DNA of 64,000 nucleotides from Lingula anatina (taxonomy: Eukaryota > Animalia > Brachiopoda), in assembly GCA_051362555.1 (NCBI GenBank), contig CM120640.1, positions 67,992,788 through 68,056,787 on the forward strand, read 5' to 3'. Position numbers and translations under genes: made by a program. A model generated the notes under the pieces. The model had not been told where the DNA came from. It did no database searches and saw only the letters and a program-made list of their open reading frames with translations. Positions 1-11,678 of this stretch are shown one piece after another. Numbering within the stretch: position 1 is the stretch's first letter; every line of letters begins with the position of its first letter.

Positions 1-167
1 AAGATAAAATGTTGTGATGTGTGTGAAGGAACACAACCTTTCTGGTAAAGCCACAAATTAAAGTTCAAAATATGTGTAAATATTTTCAGTATCCAAAAAG
101 GCACCATGTCTAATGTGAGACTGAAGCTTTTTTCTCTGATTTCTGTTCTATCTGTATACGTGTCTTT

Positions 168-418
168 GATCGCATTCACAAAGAGTTGAGCCATGGCTTT
201 ACAAATCCTGGAACTAAATAAGGCGGACGTATGCCTTCCCATGTGTCGTCCCAATGGAGCCGAGATCTAATGACTGTCCCCCCGCAGGGACGACGTGTGG
301 AGGCGTGTGAGAGGCAGAGAGACTATTAAAAGATTAGGCTGTTTTTCTTTCATGTACGACCGCCATATTTAGTCCCCAGGATTTGTAAAGCCTGGCTCAA
401 CTCGTTGTGAATGCCATC
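168..418. mobile_element. Tourist/PIF-Harbinger-like MITE (family A, deleted derivative)
   Basis: About 70-bp imperfect TIRs (gatcgcattcacaaagagttgagcc.../...ggctcaactcgttgtgaatgccatc) with ttt on both flanks. The interior matches the right arm of the 6210-6755 element. Confidence 0.8.
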
Positions 419-430
419 TTTGTATTTCAG

Positions 431-2845
431 GCAGCTCCAGTTAGCACAAAGTTTGGACACTACTTTGATCTGACTAAAGTTATGAACCCTGAGGTATTAG
501 CTAAGACAGACATGAGGCAATTCTATCTTCCTGATGAAGAAATACCTGACAGGTAAAGGTATAAAATGTGAGACATTCTCTGTGCTCAAAAACCATTTAT
601 GATTGTTGAAATTTCATGACTTTTTTAAGTGGATAGAACATTTTCCTGATTATTGAATGGTGATGCAAAATTGGATGCTTCTAAATGTATATATTTCTAC
701 TTGCCTGTCAAAAATGATAATTTAGTAACATGCACATAATTTGTTTTAGGCATTCAAATAGTATAATGAATCCTGCATACCAGAAGCTACTTCAGGATAT
801 AAAATCTCACATTATAAATAAGAACTTCAGTACGTCTTCAAGTAAACAACCACAGCAGCAACGTAATATACTTAGGATAGGTGAGATCATGAGATCAAGT
901 CCTTAGTGTTTTGTTTAGTACATGTGATATGGTAAAAAGAATTTAACAGAAAAGGAGTTTTAATTGTCATTATTATTTTCCATTTCAAACATTTATAAAA
1001 TTTGAAACATGCTAAAATTTGATTTGGAACATTTTTATTGATTGCTTTTTGAAAGTTATTTGTCATTCTTACCATCCTATGCATGTTTTTTTCGTACAGC
1101 ATAAGTTTTTTCCATAATTGAATAATTTCATATGCTGACTTGCACCCCATTTCCATAGATTAGATCAACCTAACTCCCTGGGGGTTCACGCTAAATAGCT
1201 GTCAGCCGGGCGGACACGAAAGTTAATTACCCTCTTACAGCTTGTAGTAGGCGGGACGGACATTTAAGTCGGATTATCTGAAAGTAATCAAGTGAGACTA
1301 CCCGCGGGGAGAGATCGATCTAAAATCTATGGGAATAGAGCCTTAGATTTCAAAATCGCTATCGGCATTGATATTCATAACCATGTTTACCATGTGTTTA
1401 CCATAACCATGTGATAAGTTCTATAGAGTGACATTGTTTTCAGCCATCCATTCTCTTGGCTCACCACTATGGGGAGAAGGTGAGGTCAATCTAGACAGTT
1501 ACGATCCATCTCTGCCCAGGTTTCTCTATGGTCTCAGAGCACTACTCAGATCTGCCTTTGCTTCCTGTCTGATAACTGTGCCAACACATATATTTAATGT
1601 AGGTTAAAGTTATATGTATTTTGAACTTTAATCTGAATGCCTTACTTTAACACAGTGATGTACATCACATTTAACATATTTTAGATCGTTCATTGTGCTG
1701 TCACTAATAATGAAAATATTTTATTTCTTCAAACATTTATAAAATGTTCCCACTATTTTTATAGGGGTTAAACTGTCATATAAATGAAATCTGGCTGATT
1801 TTCAGAAGCTGTGTATGCTTTGATGTACAAAAATCAATATAAAATGTGATGTTTTATTTCCAGGATACTGCATTTACTAGAAGGATAGAAAACATGTGTG
1901 ATACAGTAGTACAGCTTGAATCATTTGTTGGCTCTGAGAGAGAAACAAATCCAGTCTATAAGGATTACCATGGTAACAGCTTTGATATCAGTTTTCTTTT
2001 GTAGTGGTTGGAGATTTGATAAAGTGCAGTTTAATGCTTGTATTACAAGATGTTTGAAAAAATCTACATCCAGTTTACCTTTGAATTACAATTGATTTGT
2101 GCTTGATTTAGTATGCATAGTATTTTGTATTGTTTTTTAGTATATAGTAATAATAATTTCTAAAGTATTGGCAATTGTTTTTATACATTTTTGTGGGTGA
2201 AGTGAGGTATTTTGAATCACTAATTTTTCACTTCCTATTTCAGGCTTGTTCCAGATATTTTGAATCTCCAATTTTTCAATTCCTATTTCAGGCTTGTTTC
2301 ATATTCTTAAAATCCCGAGGTTAAACTCTCTCACCTGTCACATGCCTGACTCCTTAGATCTGGCATTTAAACTGAGACGGAAAAAGTTCACCATTGAGGT
2401 AAGGATTTGATTTGTGTATTTTCTTTATGGGTTTTTAAAATACCAATGCTCAGTTTTTCTAGTACAACACAACAATAAAGGAAAATTCGAAAAGGAGAGA
2501 AATAAATATAGTAGTATGTATATATCTAAAATATAATACATAAGACTTTATATCATTTAAAGTCGTTTTGAACCTTAATCTAATTTGAGTTACAAATTGT
2601 ATTTTTATTCTTGGTTCTGTATAAATGGCAAGTAAGAGTTGGTGTCCATATTATGACACTGCCTGTTTGGTGGTATGTTTGTCAATGAAATGTTATTTAT
2701 ATGATATACTCTGTTCTGCCCATAGAAACTACACTTGCCCCCAGAGTTGTCAGATACAGCCAGCCGTCCACAGGAGGACAAGGATGTAGTGGTCAAACCC
2801 AAGACTGTAGGCTGTAGCACAGGGAGCAGCAAACTAGACTTCTGA
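431..2845 (+). CDS. ELP4: Elongator complex protein 4, 3' portion (6 coding exons; 5' exons lie upstream of the window)
   Basis: Exons 431-552, 750-880, 1444-1598, 1864-1972, 2292-2398 and 2726-2845 are all AG/GT bounded and phase-consistent. The translation includes [81 protein letters not shown] and a terminal KLDF*. These closely match the ELP4 C-terminal half. Confidence 0.96.
1143..1342. mobile_element. Tourist-like MITE (family B, copy 1) in an ELP4 intron
   Basis: Shares cctaactccctgggggttcac...aaagttaattacc...gatcgatctaaaatct with 11328-11543 and, inverted, with 56232-56468. Terminal inverted repeat ttccatagat/atctatgggaa. Confidence 0.75.
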
Positions 2846-4083
2846 CCCAGGGGAATGAGGAAGGAGTTGGGTGCAACATGATCTCCTGTGCCCAGGAACT
2901 GTTTGTTATGGGCCGCAGTTATATCATTTGCAAACAAGACTTTGGCCAAAAGATAAAAGTAAAGAGTTGTCTGTAAAGAAATATCTTCTGGAAGAAGCTG
3001 GTTGACATGAGGTACAGTTTTGTCAGTATGAACCAAGGAGACAATTGAGTTGGGATAGAAATTCTCTGGAGGTTACTAATGTGCAATTGGCCTTCAGCTG
3101 TGTATTGTAATAGTGTGATGAATATGTCATACATGTATTACTATTTCTGTGCAGTGAACACAGAAGCAGGTTGTATTCAGAGTTGTGATTGAGACCTCTG
3201 AACTTGGACATGTTTAAGGCAAAACCTTATTGATACTGCAACGTTTGTAGTATTTGACATTTAAGTTGAGTACTCTCATACTTGGCTTCCATTATTTGGA
3301 TAATTTTTAAAATAGCCAAAACCTGTACTAGAAAATTGTTTAAAGCAAGCATGTATTAAAACTTGGTGCCAAAACAAGAATTTAAATGAAAATGTTTATT
3401 CTTGTATGAAATAATGGATCATATAATTACTAGTTCACTATTTTTTGTATCCATTATTTATATGAAGAGATAAAATGACATTTTATTCAAAATCACTTTG
3501 AATTATACAGCACATAGAAGTTACCCTATTCTACATTAAATTTTTTTTGCTTGGCTTATAACTTGCCTAACTTGGACCAACTGGAGAATTTTTCCACAGC
3601 AATATCAATAAAGTATTTAATTTCAGCTATATTGCCTACTTTTAAATAGGAAAATAGCTGTGGCATTTTGTAATTTTTAACTAATACTTAAGTTCATTTT
3701 AGAGTAAGCACTTGCTAAATAGGCCTACTGAAACTACGCACAATAACTAAAATATGTCGGTATAAAATTTACCTGGCATACTTTTTGTAAAAATATTTTT
3801 AAAAAAGTTAAATGACATTCTTTGCATAGCATTTCACATTATTGCTTTCTAAAGCACTGGATGGAATGTAATTAAAATTCTATACTTTTGGCTAAAATTG
3901 TAAGTTTATAAATTACAAAGAAAACACATCTCCTGATATAATAGACAGATGACAAAGCAATATACCCTATTCTATTAAACATAAATGTTTCTAATATACA
4001 GTTAAAAGACCAGTTAATTTGCATTCTGTTTAAAGTAGCATTTTGCTGAGCATTAATTTTTTAGTGCATGCATTTTTTGGAGG

Positions 4084-5504
4084 TCAAACATCTGTGATCA
4101 CACTACTTTGTGTTGCTGCTATTGAACGGAAGTGCAAGTTTTCTGCAGATTTAGTCAGTCTTTCTTTGGATACTGATTTTCTCACCCTTTCTGTAAGTAT
4201 AGGTTCATCCAAGCTCTCACTTGAAGCCTGAAATCCAGGGTTTTGATAAGCTGATGAGACCATTTTTTCTCTCCTCATAGCTGCCCTTTCTGAAGCCTTT
4301 AAACCTTTACCGATATTTTCCAGTGATTTTCTAAATCCTTGATTCCTATTAGAAAAAGCATTATCTAGTTTATCACTGGAAGCTTGAAAGGCTAAATTCA
4401 TGAGTGTGCCTAGTGCTTTAAATTCTGGAACTCTCGGAGCAGGAGGTTCTTGAAATTGTAATTCTTGGTCTTTCAGAGGCATTGTTGTTTCCTCTTGATG
4501 TTGCCATTGCTGATGTTCTCCAGTAGATGATATAGAATGGTCAGTTTCATCATGGGGCATTGATTTCTTGGAATCATGAGATTTTGAGTCATCGTCCTTG
4601 TGTTTGTCTAAAGGAAAGTCTCTAAGAATATTTTCCAATGAACCTAAAGAAGTAAATGATTTAAAGTTGGGTGCTGAGTGTTGCTCATCCTCCATATGAA
4701 CACCATCCACTGTATGTGTACTAGGTTCTCTAATGTCCTCTAAACTTTTATCCCTTCTTTGATATGGGGATCCATCCATTATTGTTGTAAGGTGTAGTTC
4801 TGGGCTTTGAAATGACTCCTTACTCCTTGCAAGACTATTACTACTCCCTATCTCATCTACTTCCTGAATAGGCGATGGTTTAGTGAAGGCTTTTGCCTTG
4901 GCATAGGCTGCTCTGCTGGGGTGATAGTGCTTTTTCCTAATAATGGACTGTTCTTTATCTTCACTGAAGGCAGCATTGGCATGTCCAGATTTTGTGGACT
5001 TTCTTTTGTATCCTTGGAGGATGGTCACTTCTATTGGGATCTCCTCTTCAGACGTCAGGTTTGGATTTGAACCTTGTGTTTCCCCATTGGATTTAGATGC
5101 TTCCAGCTGTAAAAGTACATGAAGTTAATGAAAAAAGCGCCACAAATAATATTGATAGTAATATTATCATAGTAACGAGTGGAAATTTGACATAAACAAG
5201 TTAGTACATGTCACTTTTGAATTCTTTAAAAGATAAAATGGGATTGCCAAACATATTGCGTGTGTAATGTGATCACCTGATATTATATAAATGCAATAGA
5301 ATGACTAACTGTTGGTGAAGAAGAATATAGCTCCTTGTTCTACTTTACCTGTCGCTTTTTTTGTTCAGCCTCATCAGCATACTCAAGTATGGGAGGAGGT
5401 GTGAGACGGCGGCAGAAGAAAACGATGAAGAACAGGATAATAAACATAAACACCAAGCCACAAGGTATTCCAATGGCCAGATATATCTTCCATTCATCCG
5501 CCAT
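4084..5504 (-). CDS. Orphan single-pass membrane protein A (392 aa): N-terminal TM, long disordered tail, C-terminal PDZ ligand ITDV
   Basis: Exon 5504-5349 encodes MADEWKIYLAIGIPCGLVFMFIILFFIVFFCRRLTPPP...KRQ and ends at donor CAG|GTAAAG. It joins in phase 0 to exon 5106-4084 (acceptor TTTTACAG), a 341-codon open frame. An upstream acceptor at about 5553 implies a 5'UTR exon. Confidence 0.85.
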
Positions 5505-6209
5505 TATGTTGACTTTGCATCAATGTCAAAAGCTCTCAGTGTTCGTGATAACCTAAAATAAATATTTTTTTTTAGAAGCCATAAACCTACAGTAAGATGA
5601 TGATTTTTCTCCAGATAGAATCAATTAATATAATTCATTTTTCAAAAATATGATTATTGAAAGATTTAAAATATTTATTTGCTAAAGTGATGTGCAACTA
5701 CAAGCCCTTGGTGGTAAAGAAATTATCTATAAAGTGACAACTGCATTTCACGTGGTGTACACAGGATCTTGTTTCCATCAGGCCATTTATCTATGAGCTT
5801 TGCTCAGCCAAGGTAGTATTTGATATAACCCAAGTCTCAATTTCACTTTAGTGCCTTAATCAACAAGAAAAGCGTGAGTTTCAATTTTCTTTTATGATCC
5901 CCAATTTGCACTTATCCTATTTAACAAACTCTGTGTTAACATGAGTCAGTTGGTTTATTTTGTTTTTATCTATTGGTTCTATCTCAGATAAGGGAAATAC
6001 TTTATGACATTATGAAAGATTCCCTTTCAGTGAGAAACGTGTCATAAATTATAGTAAGAAAGTCCCATTTTAGATGCCATTCTAGCACCAAATGTTGCCT
6101 TAGCACCAATATGCACCACCACTGTGACAGTAAAAACACCAAGATTATAACAGACAAAGGCAGCAAATTTCCTAAAAAAAATTCATTTTTATGACTGATC
6201 ATTGTTTTA

Positions 6210-6755
6210 GAGCGCATTCTCAACGAATTAAGCCAAGCTTTACAAAGCTGGTGACCTAAAAATGGCGGACGTACATGAAAGAAAAACCGCCTAATCTTTT
6301 AATAGTCTCTCCGCCTCTCACACGCCTCCCCACACGTCGTCCCTGCGGGGTACAGTAATTAAATCTCGGCTCCGAACATTAATATTTCCGTGAATATCTC
6401 TGGTGATATTATCTCCATAGATAGTCGATTCATTACTGCTCTACGGGCCAAATTATTCCTTTTTCGTCTCTGTTTTCAAAGATAATAGAACAGAAGAGCT
6501 TTTTTCCTTCGATCACCTTCAGCCGCCATGCTTTCTTCACCACGAGTTTAACTGATGAGCATGCGCACTAAATATTTCTCAGGTAGCTTCCGCATGGCGA
6601 ACGGAGACGCGATTTAATTACTGTACCCCGCAGGGACGACGTGTGGGGAGGCGGAGAGACTATTAAAAGATTAGGCGGTTTTTCTTTCATGTACGTCCGC
6701 CATTTTTAGGTCACCGGCTTTGTAAAGCTTGGCTTAATTCGTTGAGAATGCGCTC
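6210..6755. mobile_element. Tourist/PIF-Harbinger MITE (family A, full length)
   Basis: Long (~150-165 bp) near-perfect TIRs starting GAGCGCATTCTCAACGAATTAAGCC. TTA target-site duplication at 6207-6209 and 6756-6758. Confidence 0.92.
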
Positions 6756-7418
6756 TTAGACCTTGTCACCCTTTTCTCCAAAACAGAAAAAAAAAATCAG
6801 GTCTCCTCCTTTTAAAGTGGAGAGAAGACCGAGGCTTACAAAAGTCATTTTCACAATCACTGGACCAAAATGCAAGTGTTAATAAGTTTGGAATATGAGT
6901 TAAAAAAGAGCTGTTTTACTTTTAGGAAATCGGAGGCTGGTGAGGGATTCAGTGGGGTTTCGATAGAACCACGTACCCTTATGGCCACATGGGTTCTATG
7001 GTATGCCTCAAGCATGGCCAACAAAGGGGTAAAAAAGGTTCACATTGGAAATTGCTGGCTGCAGGCCTGATAATTACTCATAGTTCATTTTATTAGTATT
7101 CACAAATAGCAATCACGAATAGCAATATATATTTCATAATCTTTCATTTTTCAGTAATGTACTTTTTAATTTTTTTCACATATGTATGGATACTGAGTAC
7201 ACTTATCTTTGACTTCTTTTTATTTCATTACAAATTGGCTAATCAGAACATTTTAGACAGGCTTTGAAAGCTTTTATTTAAGCATCTTCAAAACCTAGGA
7301 AACCCTTGGCTCCATGAAATGAAATAAATGAACATCCCCAGCCCTCCATAGAGTGCTGGAAGCCATGTTACAGGGCAAAGATTAACAATGTGATCTTTAG
7401 GTGCCTGTGCCATACATG

Positions 7419-7423
<5 letters not shown>

Positions 7424-7454
<31 letters not shown>
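7424..7454. repeat. (GT)n microsatellite
   Basis: Directly visible. Confidence 0.95.
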
Positions 7455-7457
<3 letters not shown>

Positions 7458-9502
7458 TCTGCCTTCATACAGGTGAGAATTCAATATTAGGCAGCAAATA
7501 TCCAAAATAAAAATAACCTGCATATAGGTGGTGTCAACAGTTATTTGCTATAAGATCACTGACGGTATTGATGTCATATTTTTGGATGGCTGTACTCTAC
7601 CTAACATGTACAGTATGTTTGTACCTACCTAGTACCTGCCTACTTCCTACCTATAGCTTTCAGCATAACAGTAGCACATGTAAATTAAGGGTAACATGTA
7701 CATGCCAGTATGCTGGTCATGTATATCTTTTTCAACATCTTAGTATTGGTGCTCCACCTGGCTAATTTGGTTTAAGTTGTAATTATTTACAGCTTACTCA
7801 CCTAACGTGTGTAACATGTAGAGTATTTCTCCCTTCCCACACATACACACATGCTGTATATTATGAACTGACCAGTATTACTCTCATAAAAATCAATACT
7901 TCTTTTGTATTCAAGGTTCCCTATTGACCAATAAATGTGCTCACAGTCTATATGGGCTTTCACATGTTCAACAGCTTGGAATCAATTTGTATCAAATTTT
8001 GGGTCTTTTGTTCAAAGGTGACAATCCCAGGTGGGATAAATACTTAACACCAGTTTAAGTGGAGATGTCCAGTAACAAGACCGGGTCCAGTGCATTGTGC
8101 CCATACACTATCAGTCCGAGACATCAGTCCTTGGTTTTAAGCTTCTGGTGAGCGTGAAAAGTGTGCACGAGATTGACAAATGATAATTGACATCTGAAGT
8201 CAAATTGAGCAGCACCTTCATGTTTATAATAACTCACCTTATACAGGTGCATATATGTACTTTATGTGACTGCATTCAACTTCCAGAATAAATACACACT
8301 TAACTGGTGAGAGGGCCAGTGAGTGCACTTACAATGAGTAGTGAGAAGTCAAAAAAATCAAATTGAAAGGTCATAGTTGTTTCTTACCGTTCATACTGTT
8401 CTGACCCAATTGCCCAGTTCCATATCCTAACTATAATACGCACGTTGTTGGGAACTTTGATAAGATTAAGTTGTGGAGGAAAAGAGGTCTACAGGGGTCT
8501 CCATGCAGTGCAAACTTCTAACCTTCCACAGCACGCGCCTGGTAAATGTTGTTTCATCAGTGATTCAATGTATCAATGGGTAGACAGCACAGGCCACTTA
8601 AATATGCTGCGGCACATGCTAAGACTTTCAATGTCGTATTCTTTGTGTGGTGTTTACTTTGCTGTATTGACTGTTGGTCTATTCAAATTATGTTCACCAA
8701 AATAATAGGTCGTACTAGAAGGCTAAGTCAACATAAGCATCCAGAAGAAATACCTTTTAATCGACTTCTTAATACATGGGTGCACCAAATAATGTTTTGA
8801 GCTAGTATCTAGTACAGATACTTGAAAACAGACTCGTGCCCCTACACCAACAGGATATGGTTCAACAATTTTTTATATTCATAGTAAATCAAATAAATTG
8901 TGTGAAATATTTCTAAATGGTGTTTAGTACAGCATTTTGATGATACAATGCATTGAAAATGGTTTTTGTACTTGTATGCACTTTGCTTTGAAATTCATGT
9001 TAAAATACAAAAAGAGAAAAAAAAAAAAAACAATTAAAGAGTTTTCCTGGCCAATAATTCAAAATAAGATATGCAAAGTTAATATCTGAGAAAACATTTT
9101 TTAATCTGATTAACAAACATCTGGTTTGAAGGGTCTCCTCTCCCTAAAGCAGTTAGGACTTTTTGATAATAACAGCTAGAAGAATCTACATTACCATTTT
9201 GCTGTCATAAAAATATGCAATTAGCAAAGACAAAATAACTGTTTGTCCCACTTGTATATATATTGTATAGTCATCCACCTAATTTTTGACAGTGCAATTC
9301 TTATATTTTTGTAGCTTCCATAAGTCATTTTCCATATTATCTAGACAGGTCTTTAAACATCAAGAAATGAATATAGGGAAATACACATAGCAGGTTATGG
9401 TCAAATGTAAATGTCTCTCTTTTTAAATGAAATCAATAGTAAATATTGTAGAAAATTTTTTCTCTGCACCTTAAGTGCACAGCAACAAAAGCCAAGCAAA
9501 AT

Positions 9503-10672
9503 TTAAAGAGCTGTAATTTTCTCAATGTTGACCTCAAATGACCCATCTTCAGAGTCATCATCAATGAACCCAGGGTTCTCTACTCCTATCATTTCATCAA
9601 TGACAGTCTCTTGAATGTCGACAGAGCCTGGTTCCAATGCCAAATCGGTTCCATTTTTTCCTGAAGCTTCTGCACAAGCTCCAGTTTCCCTTTGCTCTAT
9701 TATGCCCACTTTCACACCATTTTCATTGATGATCTGCCCTGCATCCCGCTTCAGTGCATGGTGGATATCTTGGCGTGGGGCAGCACCAGTCATGCCACTA
9801 GTAGATTGGTATGTCATCACCTCTAACACATCTTCTAGCTTGGAAAATTGACACAAAGAAGAGCATTAATCAGTTTTCAGTATTTGCATGATTCAGATTG
9901 GTTGATTAATTTTTTAAAGCAAAATTGTCTATTCAAAACTCTTAGTTCAAATAGACTGAGAAAAGCAAGCTTTAATCTTTTTATTCTTTTACAAATATAA
10001 AATACTGAGAATATAATAAAAACAAAATACACACACATGCATGTGCATGAACACTTGTCTCATGCACCTCCTTACTTGTATTGACAGCACACTCCCTTTC
10101 TATCACACAAAAGCAAAGTTGCATGGCTCGATTTGAGTTTTCCAATACTTTTAAGCAAAACTAATATAAAGATAGGTTTAACAATCAAGTAATTGTTTGT
10201 CTGGTACTATATTGATGATTAAAAAAAATTAACATATAGATTTCAAATTGATTTTTTACATAATTACTACAGCTGATTCCTGAAATAATATCTAAACATC
10301 ATATTTTTTAACTAAGACCTGTTTGGTTTACCCATTGTTCCACTTCTATCCACACGTGCTTAACTATTTCACAGTCAACTGAGAAGTTCATAACTTTTGT
10401 TTATCTTTTTCTTTTTATGTTTCAAACCAATATTGTCACCACATATGTTATGAAAGCTTAGTTTTATTAAGGGTGGATATATAAATATATGGATGTCATA
10501 CCAGTGGATCTGTCTGAGTTCCTACATTTTGAGGAAAGCTGGGCTCCCACCAGTAGATGAAGACCATAAACACCACAAACAAAACCACTGACAATATGGG
10601 GACACCCAAGTTGACCCAGGGAGGCCAGCTGGATGCATCTCCACTATCCAAAGGTATAGATTGGTCTGACAT
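9503..10672 (-). CDS. Orphan single-pass membrane protein B (168 aa): N-terminal TM, acidic tail with ENPGF, C-terminal PDZ ligand ITAL
   Basis: Exon 10672-10502 encodes MSDQSIPLDSGDASSWPPWVNLGVPILSVVLFVVFMVFIYWWEPSFPQNVGTQTDPL (acceptor TTTACAG|ATG, donor CTG|GTATGA). It joins in phase 0 to exon 9838-9503 (LEDVLEV...GVENPGFIDDDSEDGSFEVNIEKITAL*). A candidate 5'UTR donor GTGAGT lies at about 11011. Confidence 0.8.
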
Positions 10673-11292
10673 CTGTAAAATATCAAAAAAAAAGGAAAAT
10701 GTTTATACATACATGTAATGTTGAACACAAAGTATAAGTAAAAGACTGGTCGAATATTAAATAAGCACATAGGTAAAGTCTGGTTTAATACTGAAGAGGT
10801 CTTACATTACGTTTAATAAATTACAAACACAATCATACATATATAAAGTCAAAAAGTAATTATTTATAAAAATTATGTATTACAAAAGTAAGTCGTAGTT
10901 CATTACTAGAATATAACTCCCATGATTATTTTTGAGTAGAAACTAGGCACTCGTGGTCTATTTAAATGTCAAATAAATTAGGTTTCTTTGCAAGACATGC
11001 ATTATACTCACTTCCCAAAATATGGTTTAGACGCATGTATCCAAGAAGACAGTGTCAAAGAGAGGTAGAGTGCTGGATTACCTTCAATGTCTCCTTAAAC
11101 AGTTTCTTGGTAAGTCGTGCAGCTTCATACTAAGAGGTGTTTTTTTTAAAACTCTATGCATTAATTGACTTTTGAGTAATTTGATTTTCTGATCAGGAAC
11201 CTTTGGCTATTGTTTTAAGTCACACTTTATGCACTGGTTTTGGTTAAAGTTTACCTGCACAGTTGTCAAATTAACATGTCTTAAGTGAAGTT

Positions 11293-11678
11293 CAGGGGCG
11301 GATTGAGGCCATCTTCTGGGTCTTCTAGACTGGGTTCCCACAGATTTAGAAGGATCCATCTGGAGCGACCTAACTCCCTGGGGGTTCACACTAAATTGCT
11401 GCCAGCCGAGCGCGCACGAAAGTTAATTACCCCCTTACAGCTTTTAATAGGCCAGTCAGACAATTAAGCCGCCTAAGCTGACGCCAATCTAGTGAGACTC
11501 CCCACAGGGATAGATCGATCTAAAAATCTGTGGGAATGCAGTCCTAGAAGACGGTCAGATTTTCAAGTTTACATTGATGGGTATGTAATTTTTTCTGTCG
11601 GAAGACGGTCAAAAATGAGGATGGACCAACAAAGATAATTTGGAAGACTGTCAGAAAATATCTCTGGATCCGCCTCTG
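11293..11678. mobile_element. hAT-like MITE (CAGGGGCGGAT...ATCCGCCTCTG) interrupted by a nested Tourist MITE
   Basis: Terminal inverted repeats are present, with aagtt directly repeated on both flanks. Confidence 0.65.
11328..11543. mobile_element. Tourist-like MITE (family B, copy 2), nested
   Basis: TIR gactgggttcccacagattt/aaatctgtgggaatgcagtc. CTA duplication at 11325-11327 and 11544-11546. Confidence 0.85.

Noticed and set aside
1-50. Possible ELP4 exon ending at tctg|gtaaag
   Set aside because: No frame resembles the expected upstream ELP4 sequence (KIAWRYQ), so I treated it as intron.
2605-3036. 143-aa minus-strand ORF overlapping ELP4
   Set aside because: It is the antisense shadow of the ELP4 last exon and UTR, with no recognisable motifs or splice support.
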